From positions 3,211-67,210 of the forward strand of contig CAYMJM010000003.1 of assembly GCA_964391325.1 (NCBI GenBank): a stretch of 64,000 nt of DNA. The letters run 5' to 3'. Every line of letters starts with the position of its first letter. The stretch's first letter is position 1. Shown here piece after piece: positions 27,946 through 37,976 of the stretch. The stretch is from an uncultured Candidatus Saccharibacteria bacterium (GTDB lineage Bacteria > Patescibacteriota > Dojkabacteria > B142 > JAFGMG01). A model generated the notes under the pieces. The model made no database searches and was not told the DNA's origin. It was given only the letters and a program-made list of their open reading frames with translations. Both the position numbers and the translations under genes were made by a program.

Positions 27946-28572
27946 TCAATTAGACTGATTATTTAATAGACTATAGAGAGTGTTACTTAAAGCATGGTCC
28001 ACTCCTCTTAGTTCATGTTCAGTTAATTCACTATAGTACTTCCATCTTCCATGCAAATTTATTTGAGAAATTGAAGCAAAGAAATAACCGGCCATCAATT
28101 TTTCACTTACTGTGTTTATCAATCTACAATTCAATTTTGCACCTTTACTTTTCAGTTTCTTGCCATCGTATAAAGCAAAGCCGTAGCTGAAGGTCGTTGA
28201 GATCTGTCCTCCATACTTGTTAGCCAAAGTTACGTAGTAGTTTAAGGCCAAGCTATCACTGAATTTCCCATATTTTTTTATAACAGGGTCTTTTATGCTC
28301 ATGCTTGGCTTGTCTGCTTCTTCAATATTATCGAATTGAATTGTGTCATCTTGGGTTAGTACCGGATATTTAAGCCTTAACTTCTTCCAATAATGTATGG
28401 CTTTCTCTTCTGCTATTCTCATAGGTGAATTTTGATTTTCAATTGGTGCTGGAATTTCATAACTTAAATCTGAAAGTGTCAGGATTGTCAGTCTCGATTT
28501 CTGAAGTATATTTTTGACTCTTCGTATTTTAGCGGGATTTGTTGTAGCAAACAGAATTTTTTCGTACTTCAT
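27946..28572 (-). CDS. Ham1/ITPase-like non-canonical purine NTP pyrophosphatase (divergent)
   Basis: ILFATTNPAKI, E.....IAEEKA..Y, PVLTQDD. Confidence 0.7.
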   Translation of the reverse strand: MKYEKILFATTNPAKIRRVKNILQKSRLTILTLSDLSYEIPAPIENQNSPMRIAEEKAIHYWKKLRLKYPVLTQDDTIQFDNIEEADKPSMSIKDPVIKKYGKFSDSLALNYYVTLANKYGGQISTTFSYGFALYDGKKLKSKGAKLNCRLINTVSEKLMAGYFFASISQINLHGRWKYYSELTEHELRGVDHALSNTLYSLLNNQSN

Positions 28573-28590
28573 CTAATAGTGAGTTATAGC

Positions 28591-28767
28591 GTCTCGACTT
28601 CCTCGCCTTTCGACCCTTCGTTTACACTCAGGGCTCAAGGCTCGGAGCTCGAACTGACATAAGAAAATAAATTGTTAAGCTAAACTTATAAACTGTCAGT
28701 TCGAGCCCTTCGACTAAGCCAGGATAAACTAGCTTGCCTTGAGCGAAGCCGAGAGGAGAACTGACAT
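28591..28767. repeat. Cluster of REP-like palindromic units
   Basis: Units CCCTTCGTTTACACTCAGGG, CCCTTCGACTAAGCCAGG and TTGAGCGAAGCCGAGAGG. A 13-bp perfect inverted repeat, GCTCGAACTGACA (28647-28659) / TGTCAGTTCGAGC (28694-28706). GAACTGACAT occurs twice. Confidence 0.65.
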
Positions 28768-28829
28768 ACTTAAATACTAATTCGTAACTTAGATTCAATT
28801 AACTTCTAACTTCTTTTTGTATGAACTAT

Positions 28830-30080
28830 TTACAAATTCTTCCCTACAATATATCCGGAGCTCCATGCCCACTGGAGATTGTATCCTCCACATTCTCCAT
28901 CAATATCTAGTATTTCTCCACAGAAGTACAAGCCTTGTTGCTTTTTGGATGCTAGAGTTTCAGGATGCACCTCTTTTACGGAAACTCCGCCAGCAGTAAA
29001 GTGCGCGTCATCGAAGCCACGTATCCCCTTTATGTCAAATCTGTAAGATTGGAGTAATCGACTGATCCTGTTTCTTGTCTTTTTTGTTACTTCTGATACT
29101 TTTTGAGAGGAATCTATTCCTTCTGTCTCTAGGATTGCTGGAAATACTTTGTAGGGTAGTAACCCAACAAGACTAAAACCTAGAGACTTGTTAGGAGATT
29201 GCTTCCATCTCTCGATTAAATATTGATCTAATTGATCCTTGTTTATTTGTGGAAGGAAATTGACCTCAACTGCTACTGGATTTTGTTTAATAAGTGTTTG
29301 TTCTGCAATATCTCTACTTATTTCTAGGATAGCAGGGGCAGACAATCCAAAATGTGCAAACATAATGGTTCCATGGTTTTCTGTGAACACTTTGTTGTTT
29401 GCATACGCCTTGATGTTGACTTCTACTTTTACTCCTTGTAGGCTATGGCACAGTGGTGATTTTACAAGTACTGGAACATGAGCTGGGAATAGAGGTGTGA
29501 TTGTATGCCCAAATTGTTCGGCATACCTATATCCGTCACCTGAGGTGCCTAATTTTTCATGGCTTTTTCCTCCAGTTGAAATTACAAGTTTAGGTGCAAA
29601 TACGTGTCTGCCGTCAGTTAATACAATTTCAAATAATTCTGCTTTTTCATCATATTTAATAACTTTTGGTACATTGGGTTTTGCTGTTTTGATTTCTAAG
29701 TTTTTCATTTCATACTCCAGTACGTCTACTACTGCTTGCGCCTGGTTAGATACTGGGAACAAACGCCCGTTATCTTCTTCTTTTAGTTCTATTCCAAGTT
29801 CTCGGAAAAACTGTTTGGTTTCGTAGACACCAAATTGGTTAAGGGCATTTAGCACAAACTTAGGTTCCGTTCCGAAATAGTGGATGGGTCGAGAGAGATC
29901 TTTGGTAACATTTTCATTAGATATGTTACATCTTCCATTTCCAGTTACCAGGATTTTTTTACCAAGTTTCTGGTTTTTCTCTACAATAAGAATATTTTTT
30001 CCTTTTCGCGTTGCTACTATTGCAGCCATCATGCCTGCAGCACCTCCACCAATAATTATGGCATCAAATTTATTTTTCAT
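28830..30080 (-). CDS. HI0933/YhiN (BaiN/RdsA) family flavoprotein
   Basis: GGGAAG, GKKILVTGNGRCN, GRLFP, TGGKS, TAGGV, GEILDIDG.CGGYNLQWAWSSG. Confidence 0.93.
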   Translation of the reverse strand: MKNKFDAIIIGGGAAGMMAAIVATRKGKNILIVEKNQKLGKKILVTGNGRCNISNENVTKDLSRPIHYFGTEPKFVLNALNQFGVYETKQFFRELGIELKEEDNGRLFPVSNQAQAVVDVLEYEMKNLEIKTAKPNVPKVIKYDEKAELFEIVLTDGRHVFAPKLVISTGGKSHEKLGTSGDGYRYAEQFGHTITPLFPAHVPVLVKSPLCHSLQGVKVEVNIKAYANNKVFTENHGTIMFAHFGLSAPAILEISRDIAEQTLIKQNPVAVEVNFLPQINKDQLDQYLIERWKQSPNKSLGFSLVGLLPYKVFPAILETEGIDSSQKVSEVTKKTRNRISRLLQSYRFDIKGIRGFDDAHFTAGGVSVKEVHPETLASKKQQGLYFCGEILDIDGECGGYNLQWAWSSGYIVGKNL

Positions 30081-30249
30081 CAGTGTGTTTTAATTACTTT
30101 AACTAACATGCATTATATATGTTCATGGATTCTATGATAAGTTAATCTATTTTGCATATGGTAAATACAAGGCTGATGGTATTTCAGTTAGATGAAATCT
30201 ACGGCATAAATATATTAAAATGTGACTAATAATTCTTAAGCTTAAACGA

Positions 30250-31014
30250 ATGATTTTGTTACTGGTGCTTTTGGTTTTTAGCGTAATTCTCGGGATTTTA
30301 TATCAACACTTCAGAGCAGATATGAGTAGATTTACAAAAGAAGCTGCTGGGGAGATAGAAAAATATAATTACTCGGTTCTTCTAAGATTTTTTCTTTTGT
30401 ACAGCATTATTTGTATTTCGCCAATGCTTGCTATATTAGCATTTATCTCAGTTTATAGTTTACCTTGGGTAGAATCTTTCGTCCAGTTTCTTTTAATAGT
30501 TCTAGGGATAATTATAATCAGCTTTGCCAGCGCTACTTACTATACCTCGATAACTATTGAGCAATTTGTGATGAAACCCATAAAGGAGTCTGATTACTAT
30601 AAGCCATTGAGAATCGCTATCAAGTTTTTCCACGGGCCTATCAGTCATATTGGTCAGTATTTAGGATTTAATCTTTTGCTAATGTCATTGAGCATGTATT
30701 CTTACTTCGATGTTAAAGATTTTAGTCTGCATGAACTAGTTTTGGCTGGAAGCTTGGGGATTTCGCTAGGAGGGCTTATCGGATATGCACAGCATCTAAA
30801 TAGAACGTGGAAATATCAGCTATGGGCTTTTGCTTTTGTTGCGAGTCTTTTTATTACTCTGATTGCGTTTCAACTCATTGATTTAAGAAACGAATTTACC
30901 GTAATTTATTTATTTTACCTGATTGTAGCTTTAAGCTTCCTATTTATAAAAAATATCCGTGCATTTAGGTATAAAGAAAGAAATATATATTCGCAAGAAT
31001 ACTGGTGGATTTAA
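30250..31014 (+). CDS. Multi-pass membrane hypothetical protein
   Basis: About 7 hydrophobic segments; FHGPISH motif. Confidence 0.7.
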   Translation: MILLLVLLVFSVILGILYQHFRADMSRFTKEAAGEIEKYNYSVLLRFFLLYSIICISPMLAILAFISVYSLPWVESFVQFLLIVLGIIIISFASATYYTSITIEQFVMKPIKESDYYKPLRIAIKFFHGPISHIGQYLGFNLLLMSLSMYSYFDVKDFSLHELVLAGSLGISLGGLIGYAQHLNRTWKYQLWAFAFVASLFITLIAFQLIDLRNEFTVIYLFYLIVALSFLFIKNIRAFRYKERNIYSQEYWWI

Positions 31015-31036
31015 ATTACATATAAAAATTAAAAAT

Positions 31037-31639
31037 ATGGATCAGACAGAACTTGAAACATTTTTACAAGCAAGTATTTTACCTGTTTTAGAAAAAGGAA
31101 GGAAAAATTGGGATAAGGAGCATACATTAGCTGTAGTGCACTACCTAAAGGAAATTTTGAAGCACATAGATTATAATCTTGATGAGACAGTATTATTGAT
31201 AGCAGCTTATGCACATGATTGGGGGTATTCAGGGCTTTTTCTGCATCCTAACGTCCAGCTTGATGAAGTGGCCAAACAGAAAAAATTGCATGCTATACGT
31301 GGCGCGGAGATGCTTGCCAAGTTACTCCAAAGTCCTTTTTTTAACGTTCTGTCGCCTGCTCAAAAGGAGCGAGCTGTGCATTTGGTTAAAGTTCATGATG
31401 AGCTAGAGAGCCTTGTCTCTAAGGATGAAATCATTTTAATGGAAGCTGATACTCTAGGAGGACTAGATATCAAAAGGGTAAAACCGACATTTAATAAGCA
31501 ATCCAACGTTAAGTATATAGCAGGTGTGAAAAAGAAGCGTTTGCCTTTATTTGCACATAAGTTTAGTATTCAAAAGGCGCACATGCTGTTAGCAGAAAGA
31601 GAGAATTATTATAAAAATTATAAACTGACCGATGGTTGA
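31037..31639 (+). CDS. HD-domain protein
   Basis: EHT, AYAHDWG, H...GA, VHD, EAD. Start placed at MDQTE (31037). Confidence 0.82.
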   Translation: MDQTELETFLQASILPVLEKGRKNWDKEHTLAVVHYLKEILKHIDYNLDETVLLIAAYAHDWGYSGLFLHPNVQLDEVAKQKKLHAIRGAEMLAKLLQSPFFNVLSPAQKERAVHLVKVHDELESLVSKDEIILMEADTLGGLDIKRVKPTFNKQSNVKYIAGVKKKRLPLFAHKFSIQKAHMLLAERENYYKNYKLTDG

Positions 31640-32240
31640 TATAATTCAAGTTGGGGATCTAAAACAACAGGAGAAGAAATTAGCCAAGCAAAAAGCATCT
31701 CAAACTGAAAAAGAAATAGCCTTCAAACCTCTGTACATTCGTCACTGTCGATTCTATTTGGTTACCCAATTGTTGTCTATTCAACTTACATTTTTTATCC
31801 TAGGCGTATTATTAGCTTTCACAGTATATATGCTTACTATGGTGCAATTACCAGTATTGCTCCCAGTTGGTTTATTGTATATATCTGGCTTTCTGATAGA
31901 TGGGATAGTTGCTTTCCATGTTTATACTCAGTGGAAGAGAAGTTATTACGAAGTAAGTTTAAAAAGTATTGCTTATTACAAACAGTCAATATTTTTTTCG
32001 CGAATAAATACTTACAAAGTGGAGCAGGTTATCAGAGTGCGCTTTATACAAGGTGCGTTAGGGAAGATCTTTAATTGTGGAGATATAGAAGTATATGATT
32101 CTGCGTCTACAAACCCAGTCCGGCTTCTGAATGTTCCGGAACCCAATAAAATTAGGGATGCTATAGAAGAAGCCATGATTCAGGAGAAAAGAGTAGACAC
32201 AGATGTTGTTCTCCTAAACGATGAGAATAAAGAAATCTAA
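31632..32240 (+). CDS. Membrane protein with bacterial PH (bPH_2) domain
   Basis: Two TM helices, then W...YY.V...V...QG.LGKIFNCGDIEV......L.NVPEP. Confidence 0.8.
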   Translation: MVDIIQVGDLKQQEKKLAKQKASQTEKEIAFKPLYIRHCRFYLVTQLLSIQLTFFILGVLLAFTVYMLTMVQLPVLLPVGLLYISGFLIDGIVAFHVYTQWKRSYYEVSLKSIAYYKQSIFFSRINTYKVEQVIRVRFIQGALGKIFNCGDIEVYDSASTNPVRLLNVPEPNKIRDAIEEAMIQEKRVDTDVVLLNDENKEI

Positions 32241-32253
32241 TTATAGCTCAGGG

Positions 32254-33987
32254 TTAGCTTTTTAATCTGCCGGTTTGCAAATCCCATAGGTTTTTGTAAA
32301 CGCCGTTTGGTGTTTTGATTAAGCCCTTATGAGTTCCTTCTTCTACTATACTGCCATTTTCTAGTACTATAATCCTGTCGGACTTCATGATCGTAGACAA
32401 CCTGTGGGCAATAACAATTGTTGTTTTGTCTGCGGCAATTCTCCAGAAAGCCTCTTGAATCAATTTTTCTGACTCTGAATCCAGCTGACTTGTTGCCTCG
32501 TCAAAAACAATAATTGGCGGATTTACTAATACCATCCTGGCTATTGCCAGCCTTTGCTTTTGCCCGCCAGAGAGCTTGATGCCCCTTTCACCCACCATTG
32601 TATTGTATTTGTCTGGAAGCGACTCTATGAATTTATCTAAATTTGCCATCCTTGCCGCTTCTTTAACTTCCTTTAGCGTTGCCTTTGGATTGCCGTAGGC
32701 AATATTAAAGGCTATTGTGTTGTTAAACATTAAGGCCTCTTGTGGTACCATCCCTATGTTAGACCTCAAACTTTCTTTCGTAACTTCTTTGATATCATAG
32801 CCATCTATAAGGATTGATCCTTTAGTAGGATCATAAAATCTTAACAGTAATTTTATCAGAGTAGTTTTTCCTGCTCCTGACTTGCCAACAAGCGCAATTG
32901 ATTCATTAGGCTTTATATGCAGATCAATTGAGCTCAAGACGGCTGTCCTATCTGAGTATTTGAAGTCGACATTTTTAAAATATATATCTCCTTTTATTGG
33001 AGGTAACTTTATAGCATCCTTTTTTTCCTGAATTGCTACTTTAATACTGAGAATACTAAGATATTTCGACAAGTCACTTTGGTGCTTGGCAAGCTCCCTT
33101 AGCCTATATATTAAATCCTTTAGTCTGGGGAAAAACATAAAAGAGAAAGTAAGTGTCACAGCAAAATCTCCAGTTGTAAATTCTCCACTTTCAACTTTAT
33201 TCACGCTTATAACAATTATCAATATAAGGCTAATGAGAGCAAGGAACCCGGTCCATACTTCAATCAACCTGAAAGTATTTGCATAATTCCACATTGCCCT
33301 GATCCATCCTTTATACTGGTGTAGTAAACGTTTTTGCTCCTGTTTTTCTTGAGCAAAAATATTGACGGTTTCATAATTGATCAAGTTGTCTCCTATTATC
33401 CCTGATATTCTGTCTTCTTCGTCATTTAAAGTATCTCGGTTTTTCACGTTAATTTTAATCAAAAAGTAAGTGAACAATAAGTTTATGATGAAGCTAATCG
33501 TGATGACTGCACTCAGCGATCTATCTAAGGCAAAAAAGACTATTGATACAAATATTAAGTCTATGAAGATTTTTAGTAACCCACGGAATATTTCTATGTT
33601 ATAACTCCAAAAAGCACTATCTCCTCTTTTAATCATTGAAATCAATGAGCCACTCCTTTTATTAGCATGAAAGTCAAAATCCAGCTCATGTAGTTTATTA
33701 AAGACCTCAATCTTAAGATCTCTCGCTGCTTGGATTAGATAGCTGTCATGAATAATATAAGAGAAGGGTACGAGGAATAGATTAATACTTTCCAGAACAA
33801 TAAATGCGACAATCGTTCTAAGCAACAAAGCTTTGTTGAAATTTTCTATTCCTTCAAAGAAATATCTTACTAGCAGAGCTGAACAATTATTGACTACTTG
33901 ACTTAGTATAATGAGCCCGATCCCAATAAAAAAGCTATATTTATACTTTTTTATAAAAATGTAAAAGTCACTGAAAGAATTTTTCAT
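32254..33987 (-). CDS. ABC exporter, fused permease/ATPase
   Basis: N-terminal TM domain; GKSGAGKTT, LSGGQKQR, FDEATSQLD, IAHRLST. Confidence 0.94.
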   Translation of the reverse strand: MKNSFSDFYIFIKKYKYSFFIGIGLIILSQVVNNCSALLVRYFFEGIENFNKALLLRTIVAFIVLESINLFLVPFSYIIHDSYLIQAARDLKIEVFNKLHELDFDFHANKRSGSLISMIKRGDSAFWSYNIEIFRGLLKIFIDLIFVSIVFFALDRSLSAVITISFIINLLFTYFLIKINVKNRDTLNDEEDRISGIIGDNLINYETVNIFAQEKQEQKRLLHQYKGWIRAMWNYANTFRLIEVWTGFLALISLILIIVISVNKVESGEFTTGDFAVTLTFSFMFFPRLKDLIYRLRELAKHQSDLSKYLSILSIKVAIQEKKDAIKLPPIKGDIYFKNVDFKYSDRTAVLSSIDLHIKPNESIALVGKSGAGKTTLIKLLLRFYDPTKGSILIDGYDIKEVTKESLRSNIGMVPQEALMFNNTIAFNIAYGNPKATLKEVKEAARMANLDKFIESLPDKYNTMVGERGIKLSGGQKQRLAIARMVLVNPPIIVFDEATSQLDSESEKLIQEAFWRIAADKTTIVIAHRLSTIMKSDRIIVLENGSIVEEGTHKGLIKTPNGVYKNLWDLQTGRLKS

Positions 33988-34101
33988 AAGAACTTAGGAA
34001 ATGCAATTCTATATTCTATCAGTTATATAAAGCGTTTCAAAGTGGTTGCAATTTAATATGCTGCAAAATAATGTTATAATATTAGGTTAATAAATAATAA
34101 A

Positions 34102-35778
34102 ATGTCATATAATAAGAAAGAAAAAGTAAGAATAATACCGCTTGGTGGAGTTGAGCAAATCGGAGCAAATTGTACCCTTATCGAGTATGAGAATCAAATT
34201 GTCATAATTGATGTTGGATTGGGTTTTCCTTCTTCCCAGATACTAGGTATTGATTATTTTATTCCTAATCTTGATTATTTAAAGAAAAATAAGCACAAAA
34301 TTGAAGGTGTTGTGATCACACATGGTCATTTGGATCACATTGGCGGGCTCTCTCATTTTATTGAGGCGCTAGATTTCCCCGAAGTTTATGCCTCCAGATT
34401 CGCACTTGAGCTAATCAAGGTTAAATTAAAAGAAAAAAAATTGTTGGATAAGGCAAGACTGCGGGAGGTCTCTCCCGATTCCAAATTGCAGTCCAAAGCT
34501 ATTACGATAGAGTTCTTTAGAGTAAACCACTCGATCCCGGAGTCTATGGGAGTTTTAGTTAGAACTCCAGCCGGTAATATAGTGCATACAGGAGATTTCA
34601 AATTTGATAATTCTCCTGTCAACGAGCCAGTAGCTGATTATGGTAAATTAGCCAAGATTGGTAATGAAGGGGTACTTGCTTTACTGTCTGATTCAACAAA
34701 CTCTTTTAAGGCTGGCCACTCAACATCTGAGACTGAGGTTGCTGAAATACTGGAGAACGTTTGCGAAGATGCAAAAGGCAGAATTATTGTTGCAACTTTT
34801 TCCTCTCTTGTTACTAGATTATACCAATTAATCCAGATAGCCCAAAAATTGAATAGGAAAATCTATATTTCAGGTAGAAGTATGGAGACAGCGATCAAGA
34901 TTGCTAAACAGATTGGTTATATAAATGCATCTTCAGATTTGTTCATTAACCCCAAATCTGTTAAAAGATACAAAGAAGACAGAGTGATGGTGCTGGCTAC
35001 TGGGGCACAGGGAGAAAGTATGGCTGCTCTCGCAAGAATGGGCAGAGGAGAACACAAGGATATCAAAATTCAAAAAGGAGACACAATAATTCTATCGGCT
35101 TCTGTAATCCCTGGGAATGATCTTGAGGTGCAAACTATGATTGATGCTCTGAGTAAAAAAGGCGCCATAGTTTTTCATAAGGATATAATGGATTTGCATA
35201 GTTCCGGACATGGATTTAAAGAAGATCAGAAATTAATGATTAATTTAGTTAGACCGAAATACTTCATTCCTATTCATGGATACCAGTCTTTTCTCTTTGA
35301 GCATGGTAGAACAGCACAGGAGCTAGGCATAAAAAAACAGCATGTTATTTTATCTGAGAATGGAGATATTATTGAAATAGACCGTTCTAGCTGGGACAAG
35401 GTTGGTAGAATTAAAGCAACTCCACTGCTAGTATCAGGATTAGGCGTCGGCGATATAGGAGCCAGCGTTTTGTCAGATCGAGAACAGCTAGCAAATTATG
35501 GCATTGTTTTCGTTGTGATGGTAGTGGACAAGAAAACTAAAAAACTATTAAACAGGCCGGATATTATTTCTCGTGGGTTCGTGTATGTGAAGCATAATTT
35601 TGATTTGATTGACTCCATATCAGATAAAGTACAAGCAATTTACAACCAGGAGATTACAAAAGCCAGTGACCTCAAGAGTGTTAAACAAAAAATTCAGGCA
35701 GAAATTAGAAGGTTATTATATAAAGAAACAGAGAGAGAGCCCATGATATTAGTTAGTTTTCAGGAAATTGGTGTATAA
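34102..35778 (+). CDS. rnj: Ribonuclease J
   Basis: PLGGVEQIG.N, THGHLDHIG, NHSIP, HTGDFK, DSTN, TGAQGE, HSSGH, PIHG. Confidence 0.96.
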   Translation: MSYNKKEKVRIIPLGGVEQIGANCTLIEYENQIVIIDVGLGFPSSQILGIDYFIPNLDYLKKNKHKIEGVVITHGHLDHIGGLSHFIEALDFPEVYASRFALELIKVKLKEKKLLDKARLREVSPDSKLQSKAITIEFFRVNHSIPESMGVLVRTPAGNIVHTGDFKFDNSPVNEPVADYGKLAKIGNEGVLALLSDSTNSFKAGHSTSETEVAEILENVCEDAKGRIIVATFSSLVTRLYQLIQIAQKLNRKIYISGRSMETAIKIAKQIGYINASSDLFINPKSVKRYKEDRVMVLATGAQGESMAALARMGRGEHKDIKIQKGDTIILSASVIPGNDLEVQTMIDALSKKGAIVFHKDIMDLHSSGHGFKEDQKLMINLVRPKYFIPIHGYQSFLFEHGRTAQELGIKKQHVILSENGDIIEIDRSSWDKVGRIKATPLLVSGLGVGDIGASVLSDREQLANYGIVFVVMVVDKKTKKLLNRPDIISRGFVYVKHNFDLIDSISDKVQAIYNQEITKASDLKSVKQKIQAEIRRLLYKETEREPMILVSFQEIGV

Positions 35779-35854
35779 ATATACATTAAGATGGATTTTT
35801 GTATATTTATAGAATATAATTCTATTAACCTTCAAGCTATTACAATAAAACAAT

Positions 35855-36457
35855 ATGGGTGATGAGCAAATTGGTCTCCAGATAAAAAAAGCGCGTATGG
35901 AAAAAGGACTTTCTCAAGAGGATCTGGGAGAGAAGCTAAGTGTTACATGGGAGATGATAAGTCGTTATGAGAATGGGAGAAGCAGCGCAAGAAAATATCT
36001 AGTGCAACTGTCAGAAATTTTAGAAAAACCAATTAGTTATTTTTTTGGAGTTCAGGAGTCACTTAGTACAAATATTGTAGAACAAATTGTAAAATCTCTG
36101 AAAGAGAACGATATAGGCTTACAGCAAGGATATATTAATAAAGTTCCTCTAGTGGATGATATGTCCATTTTGGGTTTCGCAAAAAGTCTGAAATTCACCC
36201 GACAGGTCTATACAGCCCCTGATTGGATAATTGAAAAATATAAGGATATTTTTGCCTTGAGACTGGCAAGTACTGCTTACGAAGGAATTGAAGTTGGTGA
36301 AGGGGATATTGGCTTTTTTTCTCCAGGAATAGAGTCTCAAGCAGATGATATTGTTTTGGTAGAGGATATTTCTTTTTATAAACTTAGAAAGTTCTCACCA
36401 GAAGAAAAGAATTCTGTTGTTGCTGTTTTAATAATGCAAGAGAAGCGCTATAGATAA
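35855..36457 (+). CDS. XRE-family transcriptional regulator with degenerate S24-like C-terminal domain
   Basis: HTH IKKARMEKGLSQEDLG...ISRYENG; C-terminal VPLV, FALRL, EGDI, DIVLV. Confidence 0.8.
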   Translation: MGDEQIGLQIKKARMEKGLSQEDLGEKLSVTWEMISRYENGRSSARKYLVQLSEILEKPISYFFGVQESLSTNIVEQIVKSLKENDIGLQQGYINKVPLVDDMSILGFAKSLKFTRQVYTAPDWIIEKYKDIFALRLASTAYEGIEVGEGDIGFFSPGIESQADDIVLVEDISFYKLRKFSPEEKNSVVAVLIMQEKRYR

Positions 36458-36513
36458 TGTTGTGCTTTCTTGATAGAATCAGCCAAGTACATTACTTTTG
36501 TCTATCATATATT

Positions 36514-37905
36514 ATGCCGAGAACCAAAATTTTATGTACCCTAGGACCTTCCAGTTGGGACAGACCGGTCCTTCAAGAGATGATTGAGAATGGAATGACT
36601 ATAGCCCGAATCAATGGAGCATACGCAGATATAGAAGAGTTGCAACGGGTAGCCAAGCTGGTTAGATCTATCTCCAAAGAGGTTGCTTTGATGCTGGACA
36701 TTAAAGGGGCACAGGTACGTTTAAACAAATTTGAAGAATCTATTACGGTACAACCAGGTGATGAGATTATAATAGGAAGTTCTGCAGAAGATACGATGTA
36801 CCCAATTACCTATCCAGAACTCTATCGGGACTTGGAAAAAGGCCACATTTTATTGATAGATGATGGTAGAGTTAAACTTGAGGTAGTCAAGATCCAGGAT
36901 GCAAAGATAAAGGCTAAGGTAATATATGGAAAAAAGATTCTTCCTGGCAAAACAATTAGTACTCCAGGCATACCATTATCCAATCCTCCTATAACTAAAC
37001 GGGATATTGAGCAGATAAAATTTGCTGTGAAAGATAATTGGGATTATATTGCTGCCTCTTTTGTGAGAAATAAAGATGATATCCTTCAGGTTAAAAAGCA
37101 TGCTAAGGATTCTCTTATTAAGGTTATGGCTAAAATAGAAGATGAGCAAGGTGTTAAGAATATTGAGGAAATAATCGACGTATCAAATGGAATAATTATA
37201 GCAAGAGGAGATCTGGGAGTAGAAATGCCATATGAAAAAATTCCTGCTCTTCAAAAACACATAACCACCAGATGTTTGCTCAAAGCAAAGCCGGCGATTG
37301 TTGCGACGCATATGCTTGAATCAATGCTTGAGAACCCAAATCCAACAAGGGCTGAAATTAATGACGTCGCAAATGCGGTCTTTGATGGTTGCGATGTTGT
37401 TTGGCTGAGCGCTGAAACCACTACGGGAAAGTATCCAGTTGAGGCCGTGAAAACTTTGGCAAGAATAAGTTTAGAATCTGAAAAATATGTAGTTCCTGAA
37501 ATTCTTTACGGAGAGCCAGAAGATATTAATCCTATTACTGTAGCGCTAGCAAGGGGAGTTATTGATATATGTGAGGGCCTTCCAATTGATAAAATAATAG
37601 TAGCTACTGGAACCGGAAAAACAGCCAGAGTGATTTCTAGTTTTAAGCCAAAGCAACCTATTATTGCTCTTACCTCAAATGACATATATCAGAGACAGCT
37701 CCAAGCTACCTGGGGAGTTATACCTAGAGTACTGTTTACTGAGGATGTTAGTAGGGATAAAGGTATAAAGAAAATAGCTAAAAAAATTATTTCAGAAGGT
37801 TTGGTCAAAAAAGATGATTTAATACTGGTCATAAGAGGAACTACGCCAATAACAAAAAGGACCAACTCTCTCGAAGTGGGTTTAGCTAAGGAATTCCTTA
37901 AGTAA
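36514..37905 (+). CDS. pyk: Pyruvate kinase
   Basis: RTKILCTLGP, LIDDG, ASFVR, AKIE, ARGDLGVE, PTRAE..DVANA, LSAET..GKYP. Start placed at MPRTK (36514). Confidence 0.95.
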   Translation: MPRTKILCTLGPSSWDRPVLQEMIENGMTIARINGAYADIEELQRVAKLVRSISKEVALMLDIKGAQVRLNKFEESITVQPGDEIIIGSSAEDTMYPITYPELYRDLEKGHILLIDDGRVKLEVVKIQDAKIKAKVIYGKKILPGKTISTPGIPLSNPPITKRDIEQIKFAVKDNWDYIAASFVRNKDDILQVKKHAKDSLIKVMAKIEDEQGVKNIEEIIDVSNGIIIARGDLGVEMPYEKIPALQKHITTRCLLKAKPAIVATHMLESMLENPNPTRAEINDVANAVFDGCDVVWLSAETTTGKYPVEAVKTLARISLESEKYVVPEILYGEPEDINPITVALARGVIDICEGLPIDKIIVATGTGKTARVISSFKPKQPIIALTSNDIYQRQLQATWGVIPRVLFTEDVSRDKGIKKIAKKIISEGLVKKDDLILVIRGTTPITKRTNSLEVGLAKEFLK

Positions 37906-37928
37906 ATCTGAATTATAAAGATAAAATT

Positions 37929-37952
37929 AAAGCCCTCTTTCAGGAGGGCTTT
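37929..37952. terminator. Bidirectional intrinsic terminator
   Basis: AAAGCCCTC-tttcag-GAGGGCTTT hairpin between convergent genes. Confidence 0.75.
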
Positions 37953-37976
37953 CTGTTGCAGTTTGAGAATATAGGT

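Noticed and set aside
28591-28767. Repeat cluster as a CRISPR array, tRNA or IS end
   Set aside because: No regular repeat-spacer period, no cloverleaf and no transposase. Kept only as REP-like.
35855-36457. XRE-S24 gene as a prophage repressor or as the LexA itself
   Set aside because: No phage genes nearby, an XRE rather than winged-helix DNA-binding domain, missing catalytic motifs, and no TTCGG box upstream.
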